DNA of 64,000 bases from assembly GCA_002269645.1 (NCBI GenBank), contig NIVC01002459.1, positions 1 to 64,000 of the forward strand, in the 5' to 3' direction. Position numbers and translations under genes: made by a program. Under the pieces are notes generated by a model. That model did no database searches. It had not been told where the DNA came from and worked only from the letters and a program-made list of their open reading frames with translations. Source of the stretch: Macrostomum lignano. Taxonomy: Eukaryota. Shown here in pieces: positions 1-11,800 of this stretch (position 1 is its first letter; each line of letters starts with the position of its first letter).

Positions 1-415
1 TTAACCACATATCCCCAATCTGTAACTGCATATCCCCAATCTGCAACTACATATCCCAATCTGCAACCACATATCCCAATCTGTAACCACATATCCCAAT
101 CTGTAACCACATATCCAATCTGTAACCACATATCCCAATCTGTAACTACATATCCCCAATCTGTAACTACATATCCCAATCTGCAACTACATATCCCCAA
201 TCTGTAACTACATATCCCCAATCTGTAACTACATATCCCCAATCTGTAACTACATATCCCCAATCTGCAACTACATATCCCCAATCTGTAACTACATATC
301 CCCAATCTGTAACTACATATCCCCAATCTGTAACTACATATTCCCAATCTGTAACCACATATCCCAATCTGTAACCACATATCCCAATCTGCAACCACAT
401 ATCCCCAATCTGCAA
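1..415. repeat. 20-21-bp minisatellite (CTGTAACTACATATCCCCAAT), truncated by the window edge
   Basis: Direct tandem copies visible. Confidence 0.95.
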
Positions 416-420
416 TCAAA

Positions 421-440
421 TTTCTTTCCAACTATTTCAG
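421..440 (+). promoter_or_regulatory. Unpaired 3' splice acceptor upstream of gene 1 (5'UTR intron or trans-splice site)
   Basis: TTTCTTTCCAACTATTTCAG, 61 nt before ATG 502. Confidence 0.4.
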
Positions 441-501
441 AAACAGCGGCAATATTAGTAGCAGCCGTCGCTGTCGCCTCTCCCGTTGCTGCCAGTCGCC
501 A

Positions 502-1877
502 ATGGCAACCAGATCAAAGCTGTTGCCGTCAGCAGGGACGCAGCCGCCGCCAAAGTCGCCATTATCAAGGAAACGACGTAGCCATCAGATAAACGACTCA
601 CCGTCTGCGCAGCGAACGTCTCCGAAGCCGGCATCGCCTGGTCCGTCTCTTCGCAGGTCGAAGCGTCGCTGCGTTGTCCTGGGCAGCTTCCAGTCTCGCT
701 TGGACTCCACTAGACAGTGCTCGCTGTGCGCTGAAGCTCTCACCGGGGAGCTGGCCAGCCCGGAGTCGTGTCCGGGTCACAATTTTCATCTGATCTGTCT
801 CAAAACTGGCTGGATTTGCAACAGAAGTCCGGTGCCGGACGCGCGCCGCCTGGCCTGCCCTATGGAGGCCTGCAAACGGGCCTTCACTACTATCTTCATT
901 CGTAGAGAGGTGAGCGGTTTTTTCGTTTAATTCTTTAAGTCCTTAACTCCCCTTATCTCCCCCATCAACCAGTCAATTGTTGATTAGATATCACCTGTTA
1001 TCTTTAATTATTAGATATCCACCATAATTAAAAATCTCCATCACCATTGATTAGAATCCCCCTAAATCACCTGTCAATCATTGATTAGAACTCACCCAAT
1101 CACCTGTCAATCATTGATTAGAACTCACCCAATCACCTGTCAATCATTGATTAGAACTCACCCAATCACCTGTCAATCATTGATTAGAATTCCCCCAATC
1201 ACCTGTCAATCATTGATTAGAATTCCCCAATTACCTGTCAATCATTAATTAGAATTCCCCTAATTACCTGTCAATCATCTACAAGTATAAATCCATACCT
1301 ACCCTATCCGCAGGTTGGCGGCAAGGTGATCCAGCAGCTGCCAGCTGATCGCAGTTTTGCCTGTCCAATCTGCCAGGAGACCATAGTTGGCGAGTGCGCC
1401 AGCCCAGACTGCTGCGATCACTCCTACTGTCCCGCCTGCCTTCGGCAATGGTCTCGCAGCAGCGCCACCTGCCCGTTGGATCGTCTGCCGTTCGATTCTA
1501 TTCGAATCTGGCCCCGCATCGGATCTCGCCGACTACTGCGCACTATTCGCGTTGGTAATACGAATACTAATAGTACTACTCATAGTAGTAATAATAGACA
1601 GCAACAGCAGCAGCCAGTTTTAACTGCCGCCGCCGCCGCTGCCGCTCAGTACTCCGGCCTTCTCGTAGATCAGCATCAGCATCGCAGACCATTGCGCCGT
1701 CATGCTACTGTCGACTCCGCCGGCGTCGCCGCCGCCACCGCTGACGAGTCTTCTCCAGCGCTACCATTGGACGTAAACAGCCTGCTCGGCTATCTCAGAT
1801 TTATGAGCATTCGTCGGCTGGCCGATGGCGATTTCTACGGCTATTGTTTCTACTCGAGTCTGCTGCGCATCATCTGA
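502..1877 (+). CDS. Double RING-finger protein, PHRF1/SCAF11-like RING (putative E3 ligase); exons 502-909, 1314-1877; 323 aa
   Basis: ATG 502; donor GAG|GTGAGC at 910; acceptor CCGCAG|GTT at 1313, phase 0. Exon 1 has a RING-like CSLC...CPGHNFHLIC...CPMEAC. Exon 2 has a C3HC4 RING CPICQETIVGECASPDCCDHSYCPACLRQWSRSSATCPLDR; the terminal CPxDR is typical of PHRF1/SCAF11 RINGs. The 3' end (TGA 1875-1877) is less certain. Confidence 0.8.
1045..1280. repeat. 33-bp minisatellite (AATCACCTGTCAATCATTGATTAGAACTCACCC), gene 1 intron
   Basis: About 7 tandem copies. Confidence 0.9.
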
Positions 1878-1907
1878 CTGAGCTCATTTTAGTGTTGCTT
1901 GTTTGCC

Positions 1908-2505
1908 GATTCTCACCCTCCGATTCTCACCCTCTGTCTGCTGATTCTCACCCTCCGTCTGCTGATTCTCACCCTCTGTCTACTGATTCTCACCCTCTGT
2001 CTGCTGATTCTCACCCTCCGTCTGCCGATTCTCACCCTCTGTCTACTGATTCTCACCCTCTGTCTGCTGATTCTCACCCTCTGTGTGCCGATTCTCACCC
2101 TCTGTCCGCCGATTCTCACCCTCTGTCTGCCCATTCTCACCCTCTGTCTGCCGATTCTCACCTTCTCCGATTCTCACCCTCTCCTCCGATTCTCACCCTC
2201 TCCCTCCGATTCTCACACTCTGTCTGCCAATTCTCACCCTCTCCCTCCGATTCTCCCCATCTCCCTCCCATTCTCACCCTCTCCCTCCAATTCTCCCCCT
2301 CCCTCTCCAATTCTCACCCTCTCCCTCCGATTCTCCCTCTCCCTCCCATTCTCACCCTCTCCCTCCGATTCTCACCCTCTCCTCCCATTCTCCCCCTTCC
2401 TCTCCGATCTCACCCTCTGTCTGCTGATTCTCACCCTCTCCCTCCAATTCTCCCCCTCCCTCTCCGATTCTCACCCTCTGTCTGCCAATTCTCACCCTCT
2501 CCCTT
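1908..2505. repeat. 21-bp minisatellite (GATTCTCACCCTCTGTCTGCT), decaying to CT-rich sequence
   Basis: Tandem copies immediately after the gene 1 stop. Confidence 0.9.
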
Positions 2506-3054
2506 CGCTTCGTTTCTTGTCCATCGCTTTTTCATTCACCCAGAATCCTTTTCCTCAACTAAAATCCCAAATCCCCAATTCCGTTTGTCGCTTCCCCTGC
2601 CATCCATTAATTGCTAACTCACTATATATTTTTATACAAGCTCCCAGTTTGCTGTTCTGAATTCTGGCCTGATTTTCTGCGTGCCGACCTGGAATTTGCG
2701 ATTTCTTATTTAATTATTTCACCTTCTGAGTCAACGAAATTTTTTTAAAATTTCCCATACTAGTTTTAAAAAAGGCTTTCTCTCCTATTTTTCCCAATAT
2801 TTATTAGCTAGCTTATTAGTTGCTTTCGGGTTATATTTTGCTTGTTATTTTAAATTTGTTAATCATATACGATGCGTGCTCCGTCACGGGCCGATCGTGT
2901 ACGCCTTTCAGTTCTGCAGGTTGCGCATTTACACCGCAGCTTCTTAATAGGTGCGTGCGTTGAAAACGGCTCTTTCTGTATGCCAGTAAATTCATTAATA
3001 TGGATAAAGCATTTTCATTGCTATGCCTCTGTTTTATAAACTCTATTCTCTTTA

Positions 3055-4040
3055 AATCTCTCTCTGATTCGATTGTCTCACCACTGAATCTCTCTCTCTG
3101 ATTCGATTGTCTCACCCTGTATCTCTCTTTGATTCCATTGTCTCACCCCTGAATCTTTCTTTGATTCGATTGTCTCACCACTGAATCTCTCTCTGATTCG
3201 ATTGTCTCACCCCTGAATCTTTCTTTGATTCGATTGTCTCACCACTGAATCTCTCTCTGATTCGATTGTCTCACCCCTGTATCTCTCTCTTTGATTCGAT
3301 TGTCTCACCCCTGAATCTCTCTTTGATTCCATTGTCTCACCCTGAATCTTTCTTGATTCGATTGTCTCACCACTGAATCTCTCTCTGATTCGATTGTCTC
3401 ACCCCTGAATCTCTCTCTGATTCGATTGTCTCACCCCTGTATCTCTCTCTCTGATTCGATTGTCTCACCACTGAATCCCTCTCTGATTCGATTTTCTCAT
3501 TCCTGGATCTCTCTAATTACATTGTCTCACCCCTGGATTTCTCTAATTAGATTGTCTCACCCCTGGATCTCTCTAATTACATTGTCTCACCCCTGGATCT
3601 CTCTAATTAGATTGTCTCATCCCTGGATCTCTCTAATTACATTGTCTCACCCCTGGATCTCTCTAATTACATTGTCTCACCCCTGGATCTTTTTAATTAC
3701 ATTGTCTCACCCCTGGATCTCATTAATTACATTGTCTCACCCCTGGATCTCATTAATTACATTGTCTCGCCCCTGGATCTCTCTAATTACATTGTCTCAC
3801 CCCTGGATCTTTTTAATTACATTGTCTCACCCCTGGATCTCATTAATTACATTGTCTCACCCCTGGATCTCATTAATTACATTGTCTCGCCCCTGGATCT
3901 CATTAATTACATTGTCTCACCCCTGGATCTCATTAATTACATTTTCTCATCCCTAGATCTCATTAATTACATTGTCTCGCCCTGGATCTCATTAATTACA
4001 TTGTCTCACCCCTAGATCTCATTAATTACATTGTCTCGCT
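3055..4040. repeat. 30-32-bp minisatellite with two sequential variants (TCTCTCTGATTCGATTGTCTCACCACTGAA then TCTCTAATTACATTGTCTCACCCCTGGATC)
   Basis: Tandem copies; variant switch near 3500. Confidence 0.9.
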
Positions 4041-4729
4041 TATTAAAACCCCTTCAATCTGGCAATTTGTGTGCGCAAAAGCCATTTGAAAAGGAGTCTA
4101 ATGTTAAAAAGAAATTTTGTTCAGTGCTATATTTCTGCTAGCCAATAATTAATTAAGTTAATGATTATCTGTAAACTATGTTGCTTTTCGCTTTAATTGG
4201 CTCTCCGTTTGCTTTACTGCTATATTATATTATGTATCATTTGCAACTTCTCTAGCTCATCTGTTCTAGCCTGCCTGCCTGCCTGCTTGTAAGTTTTTTG
4301 CTTTGTATTTGGCTTGATCTGAATCTGCTTCTGTTATTTTGTTAATTAACCGTAACGCTTTCGGCTCAACTGCAAGTTGCGCGCGCGATCTATTTATATT
4401 TTTAAACTTCTCCCTACTGTTACAGGCGGTATAGCTCTGTTTATTATTATTCAATCTGTATTTTAACCGCTTTTTAACTCATTTTTACCTACCAACCTTA
4501 ACTAAACCATCGTCGCTTTTTTAATTTATGAAATATATTGGTATTAGCAGCTGGCTCAGTTCTTCTTGAAACAGAAGCAAAAAGTTATGGTTAATTCAGT
4601 AGGTTTTTTCAAATGTAATTTCATTTGTTTATATTCTAGTTTTTGCATGCATATTCGCTAAGTTAAAACTAATTCTATTCAAAGTTTAGCAGCTAGCAGC
4701 CTAATTAGAATCACTCTTGTAAGACTTTA

Positions 4730-5680
4730 AATCAATCGCCCCAAAACATCCGTGAGAATCGCCCTCAATCATATTCAAGAATTGCCCCAATCATCACCGA
4801 GAGTCAGCCCCAATCATATTCAAGAATCGCCCCCAATCATCCCTGAGAATCGCCCCCAATCATCCCTGAGAATCGCCCCCAATCATCCCTGAGAATCGCC
4901 CCCAATCATCCCTGAGAATCGCCCCCAATCATCCCTGAGAATCGCCCCCAATCATCACCGAGAATCGCCCCCAATCATCACCGAGAATCGCCCCCAATCA
5001 TCACCGAGAATCGCCCCAATCATCACCGAGAATCTCCCCCAATCATCCCTGAGAATCGCCCCAATCATCACCGAGAATCTCCCCCAATCATCCCTGAGAA
5101 TCGCCCCCAATCATCACCGAGAATCTCCCCCAATCATCCCTGAGAATCGCCCCCAATCATCACCGAGAATCGCCCCGAATCATCACCGAGAATCGCCCCA
5201 ATCATCACCGAGAATCGCCCCCAATCATCACCGAGAATCGCCCCCAATCATCACTGAGAATCGCCCCAATCATCACCGAGAATCGCCCCCAATCATCACC
5301 GAGAATCGCCCCCAATCATCACCGAGAATCGCCCCAATCATCCCTGAGAATCGCCCCCAATCATCCCTGAGAATCGCCCCCAATCATCCCTGAGAATCGC
5401 CCCCAATCATCCCTGAGAATCGCCCCCAATCATCCCTGAGAATCGCCCCCAATCATCACCGAGAATCGCCCCCAATCATCACCGAGAATCGCCCCCAATC
5501 ATCACCGAGAATCGCCCCAATTATCACCGAGAATCGCCCCAAAACAACCGTGAGAATCGCCCCAAATCATCCCTGAGAATCGCCCCAAAACATCCGTGAG
5601 AATCGCCCCAAATCATCCCTGAGAATCGCCCCAAAACATCCGTGAGAATCGCCCCAAAACATCCGTGAGTATCGCCCAAT
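4730..5680. repeat. 23-bp minisatellite (GAGAATCGCCCCCAATCATCCCT/CACC)
   Basis: About 40 tandem copies upstream of PHKB. Confidence 0.95.
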
Positions 5681-5835
5681 TAGTAGTGCTAATAGTAGAA
5701 GTGAAAATAGTTTCTATAATATAAAGTTTAGCAAGTCAAAACATTGAATTGTCTCGAAAATTCATGCGCCGATTCTGCATCTCACTCACCAAAAAGTGCT
5801 GCCATAAGATTGTATTGAATAATTTCATTTAGCGC

Positions 5836-8800
5836 ATGGCTAGTGCAGTTATTGCTGCAGCAGCAGCCGCAGTGGCTGGCGGGCCTCCAGCGCCGGCGTC
5901 CAACGCCAACACCTCAGTCGATGACGCAGTTTTCGCCATTCTAAGCAACGATCTGCCAAAATACGACGACGCGGCTCTGGAAGGATTCTATCGCCAGTGC
6001 GCTGATCACATTCTGGCTTATCAGCATCCCATTAGCGGACTGTTCCCATTGTATCCGGGATCCGGGGGGCCAGCCGGACACGCCAGGGATAACATTTACA
6101 TTGCCACTAGCATCTGGGCCCTGGCCCAGGTCTATAGGAAAACTGACCGAGACAGCGGCCGTTGCTGGGAGCTGCGGCAGCGCGCATTGAAGTGCATGCG
6201 CTCCCTGCTAGCGTTTTGGATGTCGCAGACTGACAGGCTGGAAGCTTTTAAAGTGCAGCAGTGTCCGAAGAACTGCCTGTTGACGCTGTTCGATTACCGA
6301 ACAGGTCGGGAACTGACCGACAGCGCATTCAGCACCTATCAGCATCATCAGCTGGACTGCATTGCGCTGTTTGTGCTAATGAGTGTGCAGATGATCAGCT
6401 CAGGAATGGAGATCGTGCACACTAAAACTGAGGTTTGTTGGCTTCTGTCTGAGATATCTCAAGATAGCCTCTTCGTATCGTGTGCGATAGGATGTCCTGA
6501 GACAGCCTCCCTTCATCCCGTATGCTCCCCCATGTGATGTCATGAGACAGTCTCCCTTCATCCCGTGTGCTCCCCCATGGGATGTCCTGAGACAGTCTCC
6601 CTTCATCCCGTGTGCTCCCCCATGGAATGTCCAGAGACAGCCTCCCTTCATCCCGTGTGCTCCCCCATGGGATGTCCTGAGACAGTCTCCCTTCATCCCG
6701 TGTGCTCCCCCATGGGATGTCCTGAGACAGTCTCCCTTCATCCCGTGTGCTCCCCCATGGGATGTCCTGAGACAGTCTCCCTTCATCCCGTGTGCTCCCC
6801 CATGGGATGTCCTGAGACAGCCTCCCTTCATCCCGTGTGCTCCCCCATGGGATGTCCTGAGACAGTCTCCCTTCATCCCGTGTGCTCCCCCATGGAATGT
6901 CCTGAGACAGTCTCCCTTCATCCCGTGTGCTCCCCCATGGGATGTCCTGAGACAGTCTCCCTTCATCCCGTGTGCTCCCCCATGGGATGTCCAGAGACAG
7001 TCTCCCTTCATCCCGTGTGCTCCCCATGGAATGTCCTGAGACAGCCTGTCTTCATCCCGTGTGCTTCCCCATGGGATTTCCTGAGACAGTCTCCCTTCAT
7101 CCCGTGTGCTCCCCCATGGGATTTCCTGAGACAGTCTCCCTTCATCCCGTGTGCTCCCCCATGGGATTTCCTGAGACAGTCTCCCTTCATCCCGTGTGCT
7201 CCCCCATGGAATGTCCTGAGACAGTCTCCCTTCATCCCGTGTGCTCCCCCATGGGATGTCCTGAGACAGTCTCCCTTCATCCCGTGTGCTCCCCCATGGA
7301 ATGTCCTGAGACAGTCTCCCTTCATCCCGTGTGCTCCCCATGGAATGTCCTGACAACCTGAGAAGTCCGGACGCTTCCTACTTTATCATTCATTCTTCCA
7401 TAAGCTGATAATTCTATCATCCCCTTATCCCGCCTAATAGAATCCCTATTCCGCCCATGCAGGTGAGCGTATTCCAGAACCTGATATTCTACCTGGAGCG
7501 GGCCTACCGCATCCCGGACTTCGGCATGTGGGAGCGCGGCACCAAGCAGAACACTGGCAGCGTAGAGCTGCACGCCAGCTCCGTTGGCTTCGCCAAAGCC
7601 GCGCTCGAAGCAGCCAACAGTTTTAACGTGTTCGGCCAGTCTGGCGATCACACCACCGTGATCCACGTTGACATTGATGCTCATTCTAGGAATCGGATCA
7701 TTCTCACCAATCTGTTGCCAAGGGAGAGCGCCAGCAAGGGCTGTGACAGTGCCCTGATACCCACCCTGTGCTGGCCGGGGCACGCCACACACGAGCCGGT
7801 TAGGAAGACCGCTCTGCACAATATTTTCTCCAGATTTCGCGGCGAGTACGGCTTTAAACGGTTCTCGAGGTGAGGCTCGTGCTGCGATTTTTCTCTGGGT
7901 ATTGTTGCGTTGCCTGCGGTAGCTTAGAGTAGGTAGGTTGAGTAGCTTAGAATAGGTAGGTTGAGTAGCTCAAAGAGTAGGTAGGTTGAGTAGCTTAGAG
8001 TAGGTAGGTTGAGTAGCTCAGAGTAGGTAGGTTGAGTAGCTCAGAGTAGGTAGGTTGAGTAGCTTAGAGTAGGTAGGTTGAGTAGCTTAGAGTAGGTAGG
8101 TTGAGTAGCTCAGAGTAGGTAGGTTGAGTAGCTCAGAGTAGGTAGATTGAGTAGCTTAGAGTAGGTAGGTTGAGTAGCTTAGAGTAGGTAGGTTGAGTAG
8201 CTTAGAGTAGGTCGATAGAGTAGCTCAGAGAGTAGGTAGGTAGAATAGCTTAGAGTAGGTCGGTAGAGTAGCTCAAAGAGTAGGTCGGTAGAGTAGCCTA
8301 GAATAGGTAGAGTACCTCAGAGAGTAGGCAGAGTAGCTTGACTGTAGATGACTATAGCTTGACACTGCAGCTAGGCTTCGGATCGGCTTTAACTTGCCTG
8401 TTTGACCCTGGAAATGTAAATTTACCAAGGCCGCTAATATTATACAATAATTGTTTAATATCTGATTGATTAGCAACAATACATGAACAAAGTTTCTGAT
8501 TGGCAGAGACGGCTACGGCACAGTGCTGGAGCCCAGCCGAGGCGCCCTATACAGTCACGGAGAGTTGAAAAGCTTCGAAGCAATCGAATGCCAATGGCCG
8601 ATAATGTACGCTTTCCTGGTCATTGAGCACTGCCTGCAGGGCGATCGCACCACTGCCACGCTCTATAAACAGAAACTGGACGACCTGCGTGTTGAATGCG
8701 ACTTACCGTTTGGGTATGATATGACTATTCATTAATCTGATTTCCTGCTTTATTGCTAATCCTTTCAACTCCCAATCCACCAAGTCCCTAATCCACCAAT

Positions 8801-11800
8801 TCCTTAAACCCCCCAGTCCCTAATCCACCAAGTCCCTAATCCACCAAGTCCCTAATCCTCCCAATCCCTAATTCACCCAGCCTCTAATCCACCCAGTCCC
8901 TAATCCACCCTGTACCTAATCCACCCAATCCCTAATCCACCCAGTCCCTAATCCACCCTCTCTTTAATTCACCCTGTCCCTAATCCGCCCAATCCCTAAT
9001 CCACCCAGTCCCTAATCCACCCTCTCTTTAATTCACCCTGTCCCTAATCCGCCTAGTTCTTAATCCACCCTGTCTTTAATCGACTCAGTCCCTAATCCAC
9101 CCTCTCTTTAATTCACCAAGTCCCTAACCCAGCCAGTCCCTAATCCACCCTGTCCCTAATCCGTACTCCTCACCGTCCTTCCACTCCAGTCCCGACAGCT
9201 CGCAGCCTCCTCAGTCGAGCCGTTGGCTGCCAAAGTTCTACTTCGTGCCGCGCGACTATCTTCAAGAGGAGCGCGATCGGCCCGGTAGTCAAGCTCGGCG
9301 ACCGAATTTCGAACTCAACGACACCGTCTTTCTATGGGGCGAAGCCGTAGCCCTCATAGCCGAGCTGCTGGAGTCCGGCTATCTCATGGCGCACGACCTG
9401 GATCTGCTTAGGCGGTACAAATCTTTTCACGAACGCCCGTTGGATCTGTCTAGGCGGGTGCCATTTATAAATAAGCTACAGGATCTGGTTGTGCAAGTTG
9501 TGCTCATATCTGAGTCTGTGCGCCTGCAGCAGATGCTTGCTACGTTCGGCGTGCAGAGTCAGACCCCTACTCAGGTGAGGCTGCTCACGACTCTTAGTAC
9601 TATATTCTCAATCAGCACCTGCATTCTCCAAATCATCGCTCTCCAATCTGCTAAATAATCACCCTCCAATGTCCTAAATAATCGCCCTCCAATGTCCTAC
9701 ATGTAAATAATCACCCTCCAATGTCCTACATTTAACTAATCGCCCTCCAATGTCCTACATGTAAATAATCGCCCTCCAATGTCCTACGTGTAACTAATCG
9801 CCCTCCATTTTCCTTAATAATCGCCTTCCATTTTCCTTAATAATCGCTCTCCATTTTCCTTAATAATCGCCCTACACAATGTGCTTCGCAGGTTGAACCA
9901 ATCACCCTTTGGCCGTCGAAGAACCTCATTAAAGTGCAAGAGTGCCTCGGTCAGTGCGAACGACTTGGCTTGTCCGGCCGGCCACTCCGTCCAATTGGCC
10001 AGCTGGGCACGGCGAAATTCTACAGGGTGCCCGGCCGCACTGTGCTGTGCTATCCGCTGCTATTTGAGATGCGCGACTTTTATCTGCTACACGATATGGA
10101 CATGGTCATCGACGAGGTGTGCGCTTGCTTTGTTTAACATTTCTTTTCGATACATATCGGCTAATGCGTCTGATGTCATTTCTAATATATATTAGCCGCA
10201 GGTACTATCAGAACTAGATGATGCTCACTTAGGACGGTTTATAAAAAGAAAAGAGGCAGTTGGCGTGACCTGCAGAAGTAAACAGCCCACTATTCGTTCA
10301 GCCGTAATGTACATAAGCCAGCGCCGTTGAAAATGTACATGGCAGGCAGGTTTAGGCTAGAAGGCAATAAAAATTTGGGCCGGGGGTAGAGATTTTGTGG
10401 GGAAAGATGCGGCCGAAGGCTTCAGCTCGGGGAGAGGGGATGCGAGGGCCAATAAAGGAGCCTATGCAATGCAATGTACATGTACATTGGAGCTTTAGGC
10501 TGGAACACCCCGAGGATGGCAATAAAAACTGGGCGGCGGGGCGGGGGTAGAGATTTTGTGCGGAAAGACGCGGCCGAGGCTTGAGTGGGGGGATGAGAAT
10601 AAGCGAGCCTATATAATGTACATGTACATTGCAGCTTTACTGTAGGCTGGAACACCCCGAGGATGGCAATAAAAACTGGGCGGCGGGGCGGGGGTAGGGA
10701 TTTTGTGCGGAAAGACGCGGCCGAAGCTTCAGTGGGGGGTGGGGAATAAGCGAGCCTATATAATGTACATTGCAGCTTTACCGTAGGCTGGAACACCCCG
10801 AGGATGGCAATAAAAACTGGGCGGCGGGGCGGGGGTAGAAATTTTGTGCGGAAAGACGCGGCCGAGGCTTCAGTGGGGGGATGAGAATAAGCGAGCCTAT
10901 ATAATGTACATTGCAGCTTTACCGGTAGGCTGGAACACTGAGAAAGGCAATAAAAACTGGGCGGCGGGGTGGGGGGTAGAGATTTTTTGCGGAAAGGCGC
11001 GGTCGGAGGGGTTTAGCTTGGAGGTGAGAGGGCCAATAAACGAGCCTTGTCCTAAAATATATTAAAATAACTTTTGACCCTCTACTTAAAGTAGCTTACA
11101 TGGAAATGTGCTGGGTGTCCCATCTATGAATAGTTATTATAGCATCTGATGAATCTGAGGTTTTCGCGGCCAAATTAATTTTTAGGGCCTGGTTTTTAGT
11201 GCAATAATGATGATAGAAAAGCCAGGGCCGCTGTACACAGTACACCCTGTATGAGCGTGTGCGCGGGTCGACTGTCGCCTTGATTCGCGACGGTGCCCGA
11301 AGGCCGAAGCCTCTCTGCTAACTAATAGTAACCTCAAAAATCTATCTTAGTATCTATAGCAGCTAATCTCAAGCCGATCTGTCAATCATTAATCTATTCC
11401 CTATTGTCAGGTGCGCACCAATCTGCAATTCCTATCCACCTGGTGGCGCCTGCGCGGCCGCCCAACATTCTGCTTTCTACTCCGCGAGGACATGATCCGG
11501 GCGGCTGGCGCCAAGCAGCTCATCGCTTTCCTCACTGGAATGCGCAGCGGCCGGGTTAATGGCGTCCGGGTGCTGCTTGGCCGAGCCCAGAACCTGCTAG
11601 CCAGCGCTTGCGTTGACCACCTGGACTATCTGCAGGACCACGGCGACGCTTTCAAAGATCTGCCCAGCGTTGAAGAGCTCAGCGTTGAGAAATCGTTTCG
11701 CTCCCTGATGAACATTCAGGGCCACGCCGCGGTGGCCGTTGAACGCGAAGAATGGATCGATGTGAGGCGTGTGGAGTCCAGCAGCTCCGAGGACCTCTGC

